Below are positions 46,891 to 57,982 of a stretch of DNA of 64,000 bases, one piece after another. The translations under genes and the position numbers were made by a program. Source of the DNA: a virus. Taxonomy: Duplodnaviria; Caudoviricetes. Each line of letters begins with the position of its first letter. The first letter of the stretch is position 1. Under the pieces are notes generated by a model, which was given only the letters and a program-made list of their open reading frames with translations, was not told the DNA's origin and did no database searches. The DNA is taken from the IMG/VR virus record IMGVR_UViG_3300021399_000012, positions 1 through 64,000 of that record. One strand, given 5' to 3'.

Positions 46891-47343
46891 ATGTTAACTA
46901 AGACATTTACATTTACAGATTTGGATGGCAACGAGAGAGTTGAGGAGCATTGCTTTCATTTAACAAAGGCTAAACTTTTTGAGATGGAACTTTCTGCAAA
47001 GGGTGGTCTCGACAAGTATATTAGTAGAATCGTTATGGAGCAGGATACTCCTAAGTTGGTAGACCTGTTTAAGGACTTAATTAAGATGTCATATGGAAAG
47101 AAGTCTGAAGATGGTAGAAGATTCATTCAGAGCGATGAGATCTTTAATGAGTTTGCCCAGACAGAGGCTTACTCTCAGTTGTTTATGGAATTAGCAACTA
47201 ACGCTGATGCAGCTTCTGCATTCGTTAATGGTATTGTACCACCAGACATTGCTCAGGCAGCAGGAAATATTCAGATTGATCCTAAGACTGCTAAAGTAAT
47301 TAATTCAGGAGATGTTTCAGCTATGGCTCCAGCATCAGTATAA
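46891..47343 (+). CDS. tail assembly chaperone
   Basis: Follows major tail gene; SYGKKSEDGRRFI pattern. Confidence 0.65.
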   Translation: MLTKTFTFTDLDGNERVEEHCFHLTKAKLFEMELSAKGGLDKYISRIVMEQDTPKLVDLFKDLIKMSYGKKSEDGRRFIQSDEIFNEFAQTEAYSQLFMELATNADAASAFVNGIVPPDIAQAAGNIQIDPKTAKVINSGDVSAMAPASV

Positions 47344-47357
47344 AATAAGGAGTTGAT

Positions 47358-47909
47358 ATGCTTACAGTTAATGTAAAAGGACGTGAATTGTTTGACGAAG
47401 CTAACATGTCATTTTCAGTTACGAAAGACTGTGAGCTTCACTTAGAACATTCATTAATATCGATATCTAAATGGGAGAGCAAATGGCATAAACCGTTCTT
47501 ATCAAATAAAGATCAAGTGACAACTACCGAGTTGTTAGATTACATAAAGTGTATGACTCTTGATAAAAATGTTGATCCAAAGGTTTATATTGCTCTCGCC
47601 AATGATGTCGATGCTATTAAATCTATAAATGATTACATACAAGATCCAATGACAGCAACTTGGTTTTCCGATAAGAAAAAAGGACGAGATTCAGAAGTGA
47701 TCACATCTGAGTTGGTGTACTATTGGATGACTGCATACAATATTCCATTCGAGTGTGAAAAATGGCATATAAACAGATTGATAACATTGATCAGAGTATG
47801 CAGTGAAAAGAATAACCCAGATAAAAAGAAAATGGGTATAAATGAAACAATGAGTCAAAATCGAGCATTAAATGAAGCTCGAAAGAAAGCATTACATACG
47901 AGAGGTTAA
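47358..47909 (+). CDS. probable second tail assembly protein
   Basis: Between chaperone and tape measure; own AAGGAG RBS. Confidence 0.55.
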   Translation: MLTVNVKGRELFDEANMSFSVTKDCELHLEHSLISISKWESKWHKPFLSNKDQVTTTELLDYIKCMTLDKNVDPKVYIALANDVDAIKSINDYIQDPMTATWFSDKKKGRDSEVITSELVYYWMTAYNIPFECEKWHINRLITLIRVCSEKNNPDKKKMGINETMSQNRALNEARKKALHTRG

Positions 47910-47913
47910 GATT

Positions 47914-48186
47914 ATGGGAAATAAAGAAAATACAAATAATCAGACTGAGGAACAGGTTAATGACGTTGTAGCTGAAACAGAAACAAGTAAAGCTTCTGAG
48001 CCTGCAAAGGAATCACCAAAGAATGATGACAAGAAAATTCAAAATAGGGAAGAAGTAGATGATTCAGTTTACAGCAAAGTTGCGCTTCAGGTTAAGTCTG
48101 GACAGTTTGGAACTGGCGAAACATTGAAGAATGCGATCATCGCTAAGGGTTTGGACTACAATAAGGTCATGAAGATGGCTAAGTAA
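47914..48186 (+). CDS. small protein with CW_7 (Cpl-7)-like cell-wall-binding repeat
   Basis: VALQVKSGQFGTGETLKNAIIAKGLDYNKV matches recalled CW_7 pattern V..V..G.(Y/W)G.GE.....L...G.DY..V. Confidence 0.55.
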   Translation: MGNKENTNNQTEEQVNDVVAETETSKASEPAKESPKNDDKKIQNREEVDDSVYSKVALQVKSGQFGTGETLKNAIIAKGLDYNKVMKMAK

Positions 48187-48211
48187 TTATATTTAATCGG
48201 AGTAACGATGA

Positions 48212-48589
48212 ATGATTTCATTTAAAGCAGAGGGGGATTGGTCAAAAACTGACAGTTTTTTAGAGAAAGCCCTAGAAGTTGTTCATCTAGGCAATCTCGA
48301 TAAATATGGAAAAATGGGTGTCGAAGCTTTGGAAAAAGCGACGCCTGTTTATACTGGTTTAGCTTCTAGTTCATGGTATTATGAAATCGAAAGACATGGT
48401 GACACTGTAGAGCTTATATGGTGTAACTCAGATATAGAAAATGGAAAAAATGTAATCGACTTACTAGTTAACGGACATTCTACAAAACGAGGTACATTTG
48501 TTCAAGGAAATGATTTTATAACGCCTGCACTAGAACCAGTATTCAATGAAATAATTGAAGGCGTTGGAAAGGAGGTTAAGAGCTTATGA
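48212..48589 (+). CDS. minor tail/tail completion protein
   Basis: ATP..TG..SSSW.Y pattern; precedes tape measure. Confidence 0.55.
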   Translation: MISFKAEGDWSKTDSFLEKALEVVHLGNLDKYGKMGVEALEKATPVYTGLASSSWYYEIERHGDTVELIWCNSDIENGKNVIDLLVNGHSTKRGTFVQGNDFITPALEPVFNEIIEGVGKEVKSL

Positions 48590-51500
48590 GTGATTCAGTT
48601 GATGAGAAGGTTGTTCGAATAAAATTCGACAATGAAAAATTCGAGCAAAAAGTAAAAAACACAATGCAGTCTCTGAAGAACTTAAAAGAGTCTCTTAACT
48701 TCGAAGGCGCTGCAAAAGGACTTGAGAATTTTGAAAGAGTTGCTAATTCTTTTAAATTATCTCATATAGAAGATAGCTTAAATGTTATCGAAAAGCGATT
48801 CTCTACTTTGGGAATTATCGGGGCGTCGGTCATTAATAATTTGACGACGTCTGCTATGGGAGCTTTGTCTAATGCTGGAAATGCCATAGAAAACATGATA
48901 TCCGGTGGAGGTCTAAACAGAGCTCAGAATATTGAAAAAGCAAAGTTCCAGTTGAATGGTCTTGGAATAGCATGGGAAACAGTATCTGATGATATTGATT
49001 TCGCTGTTAATAAGACTGCTTATGGACTGGATGCAGCAGCTTTGGCCGCTTCTACTTTGGCCGCATCTGGCGTTGCTATTGGCGATTCTTTCAAAACGAT
49101 AACCGATCCAAGAGATGGCGTTGAGAAGCAAATAAGCCATATGGCTGTTTCTTTGAAAGCTATTTCTGGTGTTGCTGCACAGACTCAGAGTGAATATTCT
49201 GATATAGCCAACATATTCTCAACTGTAGCTGGTCAAGGTCAACTGATGACAATGCAGTTACGTCAGCTTGAAATGCGTGGTATGAATGCTGCTTCTATTA
49301 TTGCAGAACATATGGGCATGTCTGAAGCTGAAGTCAGAGAGGGACTTTCAAAAGGTCTTGTTGACTATGAGACATTCGCTGAGGCAATGTATGATAAGTT
49401 TGCAGACCATGCTTCTGACGCTAACAATACACTTAATGGTGTACTTGCTAATATCAGAGCCGCATTTGCAAAAATTGGTCAGTCATTCTATACTCCTCTT
49501 ATTGAAAACGAAGGACCATTAGTAAAGTTCTTGGATAAAATAAGAGGATATGTAAATGAATTAAAGAAAGACATAGAACCTAAAGATGGTGAACCGACAT
49601 TAATCGGATCTTTGGTTAGTATGTCTAAAGATTTTATAGCTATAGCAGATGACCTATTCAGTAAATTAGATCATTCAACTTTAGGATCATGGCTTAATAG
49701 TTTACACGAACCAATCGACAGACTTCATGAAAAAGTCATGGATATGTATGACTCAATATGGGGTGTCGAGAAGAAAACCAAAGTAACAGCGACTGAATGG
49801 TCTAACATATCTAAATTGTTAGGAGCTGATTCAGATAAACTTAGAGACTCATTTATTCAAATGGCTAGAGATAACGGAATAGCCATTGATGAGATGATAG
49901 CCAGTACTGGCTCATTTGAAAATTCTTTGAATAACGGTTGGTTATCAGTTGATGCATTTGAGCAAAAAATAAATGAGCTTAAAAGTGGAGTTTCTGATAC
50001 TGCAACATCTCAGGAAGATCTCAACAAGGTTCTCGAAGAATATAGTGCCGTCGTACATGATGTATGGATGGGCAAGTATGGCGATGACGACGTACGAAGA
50101 AAAAATCTTACAGATTTAGGATATGAAGCATCGGTAATTCAGGAACTTGTTAATAAGGGCCAGGATTATCAACTAACTCTTGATGATATTGCATCAGTTA
50201 CTGCGAATTTATCTGGAGAGAATGCTGTTACTTCAGAGTCACTAGATGGATTATCAAAAGCGTTAAACGATAATTCGGAAGCTATCGATAAAAATCTTAG
50301 AAAATCGAAAACTGAATTGAGTGTCGCTGAGAAATTTCAGAAAACATTCGATAATATAGTAGCTACAGCAGATTGGGTAAGAGCAGCTATCTCTGCCGCA
50401 TGGTTCGTCATGTTCGGTGGTGAAAAAGATAGCAAAAATATATTAGATAGCATTGCAACTACACTATATAACATATCTGATGTTATTAAAAATGATATCA
50501 AAAGTAATATCGGCGATCTAACAAATACTTTTAAAGGTTTGTTTGCAGCTGTAGATATTATCAGGATCGTATTTGTCGACATTATAAATCTTGTAAGAAT
50601 GACATTTGCCAAAGTTACTGGCGATGCTAACATGTCAATACTTGATTTAACCGGTGGCATAGGAGAACTTATTGTTCAGTTCCACGATTGGCTTGAGTCG
50701 TCACCATTTATTGCTGATGCTATCGATAAAATATCGAGTGCTATCGCATTTGTCATTACAAAAATAAATGATTTACTCGGACTCACTCCTAAGATAAAAG
50801 ATAGTACTAATAAAGTTAGTATATTTAGTAAGGCTTGGGAGAAGCTGAAAACGGTAGTTACGGTTGTTGCTGGTGGACTGGCCGCAATCGTCATGTCTTT
50901 AGTTTTAGCAGTTAAAGATCTTATAGAAGCATTCAGAGAAATGGACGGCTTCTCATTCGATAACGTTACAAAAGCCTTTGATAATTTCAAGAAAAAGTTA
51001 ACTTCCGATATCAATGGTAAAATAAACGTCGAATTTGGTCTAGCTGATAAATTAGACGAGCTCAATGGCAGAATGCATGAGAAATACTTTGCTATTACTC
51101 AGGGAGCTGGCGAATTCAAGAATCGAATCACAGATATATTTGCTAATATATTTGGAAGTTTCGATTTGGATTCTATCATGGATGGCGCCGGAACATTGGT
51201 TACAGTATGGTCATTCACAAGAATGGTTAAAGCTCTTAAATCAATAAATCCAGTAGAGACATTCAACAACGTTCTTGGAGCAGTAGCAAAAACTGTAACA
51301 GAATATGGTCGAATGTTAAAGTCTAAGGAAGTAATGTTTATCGCAATCGGTGTTGGTATATTATGTGCTTCTTTGGCTTTGCTGATTCATACTATAAAAG
51401 ATGTACCATTGTCAGATTTGGCAACGGCCGTCGGCATTATTGCTGGATTAGCCATAACTTTAACAGCATGCTTTATAGCTCTGCAAAAACTTAGCGATTC

Positions 51501-54500
51501 ATCAGCTATGTTTACAGCAAGCAAAGGCAAAGGTGTTACTGGAAGTATTAGTGGTATTGGCTTAACTATGTTCGGTCTTGCTGCTAGTTTATTAATGATA
51601 GCATTGGCTATAAAGCAACTTAAAGACGTTGGTTTTGGCGATGCTATTAAATACATGATAGTTATATTAACCGCTGCTGCAGGAATGCTTGTAATGGTTA
51701 AACTATTGGGTGTTGAATCTGCTGCTACTATACCTAGTCTTGGAACTATACTTGGTTTCGCGGCTGGATTATATGTTACCGTGCTAGTGCTTAAGAAACT
51801 GGGCGAAATGGATTGGGAAACTGTAAAAGATGGACTAATCCGAATGATTCCTATATTTGCAGCACTCGAAGCGATAATATGGTCAATTAATAAAGGCAGC
51901 ATAAACGGCAAGACGACAAATCAAGCTGCTAGTGCATTCAAGGGCATTGCATTGATGTTCTTAGCTATAACAGCATCTATTTATATTCTAGGACGCATGG
52001 ACAACGAGGTATTACAGAAAGGTCTTGGAATAGTAACAATCTTATTGTTAATGATCGCTGGTTTAGGCGCGGTTCTTAATCTTACATCTAAGGAATTAGA
52101 ACCAGGAAAGATTGCACAAAGCAAAGATGTCTATACAGGAATAAGCAAGTTGTTAATCAGTATTGCTGGTACTGTATTCTTATTGGGTAATATGAATCCA
52201 ACTAGAATGTGGCAAGGTGTAGGCGCTATAGGTATAATATTAGCTTTCTTAGCTGCTTTAGGCGCATTTGCTAACTTCAAGTTGAAAGGTACTGCTTTAA
52301 CAGTATCTATGGTTAAGACTATGACTAGTCTTATAGTATCGATAGCAGTATCATTAGTACTAGTATCCAACTTATGCAGAGATCCAGCTAGACTGTGGTC
52401 TGCAGTAGCCGCTATTGGAATTATATTGTTCGCATTGGCTGCATTATCAGGAGGATTAGCTAAGGTTAATCTGAAAGGATTTGCGAAAGCTAATGTTCTT
52501 AAAAATGCTATTATAGCTATAGGCATGCTAGTTGTCGTAGCTGGTGCTTTATGGGCATTATCCACATTTACTAATCCGGAAAATCTTATAGCTAGTTGCA
52601 TTGCTATTGGTGTTGTGTTTGCCGAGGTTATTGCAGCTTTACTTGTACTATCTGGTATATCAAGCATAGCACCACAAGCCGGAATGGGCGTTGCATTATC
52701 ACTACTTTTATTAGGCGGAGTCGCTTTAATATTAGGAGCACTGGTACATTTTACAAGCGTTGACGAATGTAAGACAATCGTTGAGATGCTAGCTGCTCTT
52801 TTCGCATCTTTAATAGTCACACTAGTTGTGCTAACTGGTGTTGGAGCAGTGGGAGAACTAGCTATAGCCGGAATTGCACTAATGGATATCCTACTCCTTG
52901 ATATAATCGGCATGCTAGCACTTATAGGAGCTATAGCAAACGATTCAAAAGCAGTTGATAAAGGACTAGAAGTTCTTCAAAAAGTTGCAGATGGTATTGG
53001 AAAAGCGATAAGTATGTTCTTAGAATCAGCCGCATCTTCTCTTCCAGCTATAGGTGATTATATTAGCCAATTTATATCTAATATCGAACCAGCCATAAGT
53101 CAACTTTCAGAAATGAAAGATGCGAATGTGGGTTCAGCATTGAGTGGAATAGCTGACATCATAGGCACATTGATGACATTCAAAATAGGGGATCTTCCAA
53201 CAGAAGAAGAACTTAAGTCTCTGGCAGAACGACTTGGACAAGTATCATATATGATTATACTCATGTATGCAATGTTCAAGAATGCTGGTTTTACTACCTT
53301 CGGTCTTGCTAAAAAGATGTTTAAGAATGTTGCAGAAGCAATGGGATCGCTCAATGAGATGATTTCACAAATAACTGGCAACGGTGATGGCGATGTATGG
53401 AAACGCGGCGCTAGAGATATATTAAACTATTCAAAAGAAGATATGACTACTTTGGCTGAACGATTAGGACAGCTAGGTTATATGCTAATTTTGATATATA
53501 ACGAGTTCTCTAATGCCGGATTTAAGAACTTTGGACTGGCAAAAACCTTATTCCCTAATATAGCTGATGCTATGAAAGGATTGAACACACTAGTGGCTCA
53601 ACTAACAGGCAATGGTGATGGCAACATGTTCAAAGAAGGTGTTGCTGCTCTTAGGCAATACACCGAAGAAGACTTATCATTGGTTGCTGAACGTTTGGGT
53701 CAGTTAGGTTATATGTTGATTGTAATATATAACGAGTTTTCTAATGCAGGCTTCAAGAACTTCGGATTAGCAAAAACCTTATTTAAAAACATAGCCACAG
53801 CAATGAAGGACTTAGGCGAATTTGTATCTGAGGTAACTGGAGGGGTATTTAAAAAAGGTCTAGCAGATCTTGCGAGCATTGATGCAATAACACTGGCTGA
53901 TGCTGCAACTAAATTAGGAGCATTAGGCTTCATGCTGATAGTATTTTACAGAATGTTCAATGCTGCTGGTTTTGTAGATTTTGGAATGGCCCAGAAGTTA
54001 TTCCCGAATGTATCAGCTGCAATGGATGGTCTTGCTGATATGTCAGCTCATGCACAGATGGTTCCTTGGGAGTCATTGGCGGCTATGCCTATTGAAGTAT
54101 TCCAGAAAGCTGGAACTAATATGGCTGCTTTAGGTCTTATATTAGTTGCATATTGGAATATATTTGGTGAAGCTGGATTCAAGACATTTAGCGAAGCTAA
54201 GAAGATGTTTGCTAATACCGCAGACGCATTTGATAGCTATGTAGTACTATGTCAAAAACTTCTAGATAATTCTAGTGTTCTTGCTGGTGTTGCTGATACT
54301 ATAAAGACTGAGTCGATCGCAGCTGTCGGAAATACATTAACGACATATGCACAAACTATGGTTGATGTAGGTCTTATAGCCAAAGACATTGATAATGGCG
54401 CGTTTGATTATTTAGCTGGTGCAACTGACAAATGGACTAAGCTATTTGACAATCTTCCAGATGAGGGTGCTCGTAAATCATTACTCGACGTGGCAGACAC

Positions 54501-55467
54501 AATAAAAGAGTACTCTACAAGGGTCGCTAAGATAGATTTCGATAGCTCTAATACTGCTATGCTTGAAAGTTTTGCAGGAGCGCTTGATGCTGTTTCTGAT
54601 AAAATTAAGAAAGCTGCAGATAAAGCTAATGAAACAATGAAGTCATTTGCTAATGGCTTGGTTAGCATATTTAAAGAGAATACCAGCAAACCTTTTAAGG
54701 AAGCTACTGATGCATTCTTGAGTCAGATTGCAGGTACAATATCAAAAAATAAGACCATAACGTCAAATTTGACATCGTTATCAACACGAATGGTTTCTTC
54801 GTTTAACCAAAACGGAAAATTGTCAAATCAGGCTAATAGTTCTGGTAGATATTTTGCAGACGGAATCGCTCAGGGTGTTGAAAACAATTCACATAGAGCT
54901 GTAAACGCTGCTAGAAATCTAGGTATTGACATGAAGAAAGCGTATAACAAAGCAGTTAAGATCAAGTCACCATCTAGAGAAATGCGTAAGTCTGGTGGAT
55001 TCTTTGTAGAAGGTATCATTAAGGGTGTATATGATAAATATTCAGAAGCGCTTGATGCTGTTAGAGATCTCGGTAGAGATTCAATTAACATCTTTACAAA
55101 CGCAATGGCTGCTATAAGTAACATATTACCTGAAGATATAGAATTAACACCTACAATAACTCCAGTAGTGGATATGAGCAACGTCAGAGCATCTGCTGGA
55201 CTTATCAAAGATACTTTCGGAACTGTAGGATTCGGTTTAGACCAGTATGCTATGGATAATATCGATAGTATAAACATTGGAGTTTCCGCACTTCAAAATA
55301 AGGGAAATTCAGAAGTTGTTAATGCAATTGACAAACTTAGAAGCGAGATTTCTAATCTCAATAGTAATACATACAACGTTGATGGTATCACATACGACGA
55401 CGGATCTAATATATCAGACGCAGTACAGACTTTGGTTAGTGCTGCTAGAGTGGAAAGGAGGGCTTAA
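48586..55467 (+). CDS. tape measure protein
   Basis: 2293 aa, Ala/Leu-rich, central hydrophobic region, internal repeats. Confidence 0.9.
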   Translation: MSDSVDEKVVRIKFDNEKFEQKVKNTMQSLKNLKESLNFEGAAKGLENFERVANSFKLSHIEDSLNVIEKRFSTLGIIGASVINNLTTSAMGALSNAGNAIENMISGGGLNRAQNIEKAKFQLNGLGIAWETVSDDIDFAVNKTAYGLDAAALAASTLAASGVAIGDSFKTITDPRDGVEKQISHMAVSLKAISGVAAQTQSEYSDIANIFSTVAGQGQLMTMQLRQLEMRGMNAASIIAEHMGMSEAEVREGLSKGLVDYETFAEAMYDKFADHASDANNTLNGVLANIRAAFAKIGQSFYTPLIENEGPLVKFLDKIRGYVNELKKDIEPKDGEPTLIGSLVSMSKDFIAIADDLFSKLDHSTLGSWLNSLHEPIDRLHEKVMDMYDSIWGVEKKTKVTATEWSNISKLLGADSDKLRDSFIQMARDNGIAIDEMIASTGSFENSLNNGWLSVDAFEQKINELKSGVSDTATSQEDLNKVLEEYSAVVHDVWMGKYGDDDVRRKNLTDLGYEASVIQELVNKGQDYQLTLDDIASVTANLSGENAVTSESLDGLSKALNDNSEAIDKNLRKSKTELSVAEKFQKTFDNIVATADWVRAAISAAWFVMFGGEKDSKNILDSIATTLYNISDVIKNDIKSNIGDLTNTFKGLFAAVDIIRIVFVDIINLVRMTFAKVTGDANMSILDLTGGIGELIVQFHDWLESSPFIADAIDKISSAIAFVITKINDLLGLTPKIKDSTNKVSIFSKAWEKLKTVVTVVAGGLAAIVMSLVLAVKDLIEAFREMDGFSFDNVTKAFDNFKKKLTSDINGKINVEFGLADKLDELNGRMHEKYFAITQGAGEFKNRITDIFANIFGSFDLDSIMDGAGTLVTVWSFTRMVKALKSINPVETFNNVLGAVAKTVTEYGRMLKSKEVMFIAIGVGILCASLALLIHTIKDVPLSDLATAVGIIAGLAITLTACFIALQKLSDSSAMFTASKGKGVTGSISGIGLTMFGLAASLLMIALAIKQLKDVGFGDAIKYMIVILTAAAGMLVMVKLLGVESAATIPSLGTILGFAAGLYVTVLVLKKLGEMDWETVKDGLIRMIPIFAALEAIIWSINKGSINGKTTNQAASAFKGIALMFLAITASIYILGRMDNEVLQKGLGIVTILLLMIAGLGAVLNLTSKELEPGKIAQSKDVYTGISKLLISIAGTVFLLGNMNPTRMWQGVGAIGIILAFLAALGAFANFKLKGTALTVSMVKTMTSLIVSIAVSLVLVSNLCRDPARLWSAVAAIGIILFALAALSGGLAKVNLKGFAKANVLKNAIIAIGMLVVVAGALWALSTFTNPENLIASCIAIGVVFAEVIAALLVLSGISSIAPQAGMGVALSLLLLGGVALILGALVHFTSVDECKTIVEMLAALFASLIVTLVVLTGVGAVGELAIAGIALMDILLLDIIGMLALIGAIANDSKAVDKGLEVLQKVADGIGKAISMFLESAASSLPAIGDYISQFISNIEPAISQLSEMKDANVGSALSGIADIIGTLMTFKIGDLPTEEELKSLAERLGQVSYMIILMYAMFKNAGFTTFGLAKKMFKNVAEAMGSLNEMISQITGNGDGDVWKRGARDILNYSKEDMTTLAERLGQLGYMLILIYNEFSNAGFKNFGLAKTLFPNIADAMKGLNTLVAQLTGNGDGNMFKEGVAALRQYTEEDLSLVAERLGQLGYMLIVIYNEFSNAGFKNFGLAKTLFKNIATAMKDLGEFVSEVTGGVFKKGLADLASIDAITLADAATKLGALGFMLIVFYRMFNAAGFVDFGMAQKLFPNVSAAMDGLADMSAHAQMVPWESLAAMPIEVFQKAGTNMAALGLILVAYWNIFGEAGFKTFSEAKKMFANTADAFDSYVVLCQKLLDNSSVLAGVADTIKTESIAAVGNTLTTYAQTMVDVGLIAKDIDNGAFDYLAGATDKWTKLFDNLPDEGARKSLLDVADTIKEYSTRVAKIDFDSSNTAMLESFAGALDAVSDKIKKAADKANETMKSFANGLVSIFKENTSKPFKEATDAFLSQIAGTISKNKTITSNLTSLSTRMVSSFNQNGKLSNQANSSGRYFADGIAQGVENNSHRAVNAARNLGIDMKKAYNKAVKIKSPSREMRKSGGFFVEGIIKGVYDKYSEALDAVRDLGRDSINIFTNAMAAISNILPEDIELTPTITPVVDMSNVRASAGLIKDTFGTVGFGLDQYAMDNIDSINIGVSALQNKGNSEVVNAIDKLRSEISNLNSNTYNVDGITYDDGSNISDAVQTLVSAARVERRA

Positions 55468-55470
55468 AGC

Positions 55471-57978
55471 ATGAGTGTTGGAGTTGAAGGACTCTCAATA
55501 TACTATGATGGTGAATCTAGAGATGGCACATATTTGTGTGGTTTCTGGTTACCATCGTCGTGGAGAAATCAATTCTCGCCGCAGTATCAGAACTTGGAAA
55601 AGTTTACTGTCAAATGGGAATATTTCCAATTTCCGACTGGTTGGCATCATGGAGCTATAAATACTGTAGATCGTGATGCACCACATGCAGGAGAAATTTT
55701 CTACTATGAAAATGCTTACAAACCTCCTAAATCCGCTCTTACTATTAGGTGTTTTGTATTACCAGAATGTAAGGTAGACGCTAAAGTAAACTGTAATTAT
55801 GTATATGGAACATTTGCAAGTCCAACATGGCCGGACTGGGTTGGTAGTCGAGAAGTTTCTATAGTAGAGACAAATCAGCCTGCCAAACCGTCAGTTCCGA
55901 CTGTTACACTTAGAAGAGATGGAGTTACAGCTGATATCAAAGTCAATGGGTATCAGCCAGATACTCCAATATACAATCAGTATGCAGCAGCTCTAGAATT
56001 CCAAATAATGAATTTGGCAAGGCCTAATAATCCATATTCAATTTATGGCTATTCGATAAAGAAACAGACTGATTACTTGGAGCCATTAGATATGGCTGCA
56101 GTTGCTACATTAGCTCAAAATACGAAGTATAAAGTTCGTTCCAGATCGTGGATTGTGAATTCATCAAATCCTAATGTGAGATACAATTGTAGTGACTGGA
56201 CTGAATGGACTGATCAAATACTCACCAGGCCGTCCTCTCCTACCATGGTATATGCGGAGGCAAAATCAGAAACTGCAATATTGGTTTCTTTAGTACCTAT
56301 AGGACAAAAAGATTCTTCTCAACCTCCAGCTGATCTTAGTATTATATTTGAGTATACCAAAGAGAAGGATTACTTTGAGAATAATGCTCAAGGTGTAAGC
56401 TCTGTCACAGTAAAGAACAAATGGTATACTGAATTGACTGGATTGGAGACTGGTAATAAATGGTACATAAGAGCTAAGTATACTAATAGTGGCGGCGAAT
56501 CTGGATATTCTCCAATCATAACCGCTATCACAGGAAAGATACCGTCTGAGCCAACAACATGGTCGCTGACAACTACTGCACATGCAGGAGAAGATTTAGC
56601 ATTATATTGGACTCATAATTCAGAAGATGCATCAACGCAATCCATGGCTCAGGTATCCATGACTGTAAATGGCCAAACAAACATAGTTACTGTACAAACG
56701 CCGGAAAGAAAAGAAGACAAGGTATACAATTATATTATACCAGCCGGAACATATCAGGAAGGTGCTACAGTTAAATGGAAAGTTAGAACCAGAGGTGTTT
56801 TGGTTACTGGCGGAACTGGAAACGATGGATACTCAGATTGGTCTATAGAGCGTACTATAAATATATATGCTCAGCCTACTTCTAGATTATATTTGGAAAA
56901 TGGAGATGTAGTTCAGTCGTATCCGTTGAATTTTGCCGCAGAGATAACACCACGAACTCAACAGCCTATAGGCTATTCGCTGACAATAACAGCTAATGAA
57001 GACTATACAATAGTTGGTAATGATGGCGCTGATCAAATAATATCTAAGGGAACAACAGTTTACAATAGATATGAAAATATCAACCATATAACAGTTGCTG
57101 ATCCTGGCTATTTGTTGAGAGTTCCATTATATCCTGCTGATTTGCGATTGGGTAATAACGCATCTTATACAGCTAACATTGAAGTGTCTATGAATGTTGG
57201 TCTTGTTGCTTCTAGTAGCATGACGTTTACAACAAACATACCATCTTCAGAAGTCGTACCGCAAAGTAGAATGTCATATGATCCATCTACTTATTCAGTT
57301 AGACTCATACCATATGCTACAAATGCTGCCGGTGATCAATTAGCTGAAAACCGTGTACTGTCTGTATATCGTATGGAATACAATGGCGAATTTACGCTCA
57401 TACAAGATGGTGTTGAGAATAATGCTTCTACTGTGGTTACAGATATGCATCCATCGCTAAGCAGAGCTAAGTATAGAATAGTTGCTGTTGACACAGAAAC
57501 AGGTGATGTGGATTTTGGAGATATGGCTCCTTATCCTATAGATGAATCATCTATAATAATCCAGTGGAATGGAAAGGTTCAAACTATTGATGCTGAAGGT
57601 ATGGAAAACCTTACTCAAGACTCAATAGCGCAGCCGATATTCTCTGGAATAACACTTAAATTACCATATAATATTAACATACAGGAATCGAATACAAAAG
57701 ATGTATCATTCGTACAGTACATTGGACGTAAGAGACCTGTTAGTTATTATGGAACACAACTTGGAGAGAAATCAACATGGGGTTGTTCTATAAGTAAGAA
57801 AGACGAAGAGACTTTACAAAAATTAAGAGAACTTGCAATATGGACTGATAACGTCTATGTTAGAGAACCATCTGGAATGGGTTATAACGCTTCAGTTGAG
57901 GTTTCATTTAGTAAATCTTATAACGAAACAACCATCCCAGTAACAATTAACATTACAAGAGTTGAAGGAGGACCGTAA
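55471..57978 (+). CDS. minor tail protein with fibronectin type III-like domains
   Basis: PxxP..V starts, YxVRxR/YIRAK..N..GES.YS FN3-like patterns. Confidence 0.65.
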   Translation: MSVGVEGLSIYYDGESRDGTYLCGFWLPSSWRNQFSPQYQNLEKFTVKWEYFQFPTGWHHGAINTVDRDAPHAGEIFYYENAYKPPKSALTIRCFVLPECKVDAKVNCNYVYGTFASPTWPDWVGSREVSIVETNQPAKPSVPTVTLRRDGVTADIKVNGYQPDTPIYNQYAAALEFQIMNLARPNNPYSIYGYSIKKQTDYLEPLDMAAVATLAQNTKYKVRSRSWIVNSSNPNVRYNCSDWTEWTDQILTRPSSPTMVYAEAKSETAILVSLVPIGQKDSSQPPADLSIIFEYTKEKDYFENNAQGVSSVTVKNKWYTELTGLETGNKWYIRAKYTNSGGESGYSPIITAITGKIPSEPTTWSLTTTAHAGEDLALYWTHNSEDASTQSMAQVSMTVNGQTNIVTVQTPERKEDKVYNYIIPAGTYQEGATVKWKVRTRGVLVTGGTGNDGYSDWSIERTINIYAQPTSRLYLENGDVVQSYPLNFAAEITPRTQQPIGYSLTITANEDYTIVGNDGADQIISKGTTVYNRYENINHITVADPGYLLRVPLYPADLRLGNNASYTANIEVSMNVGLVASSSMTFTTNIPSSEVVPQSRMSYDPSTYSVRLIPYATNAAGDQLAENRVLSVYRMEYNGEFTLIQDGVENNASTVVTDMHPSLSRAKYRIVAVDTETGDVDFGDMAPYPIDESSIIIQWNGKVQTIDAEGMENLTQDSIAQPIFSGITLKLPYNINIQESNTKDVSFVQYIGRKRPVSYYGTQLGEKSTWGCSISKKDEETLQKLRELAIWTDNVYVREPSGMGYNASVEVSFSKSYNETTIPVTINITRVEGGP

Positions 57979-57982
57979 AATT

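Noticed and set aside
46891-47909. Programmed frameshift between tail chaperone genes
   Set aside because: Genes do not overlap, the second has its own RBS and no slippery heptamer is evident at the junction
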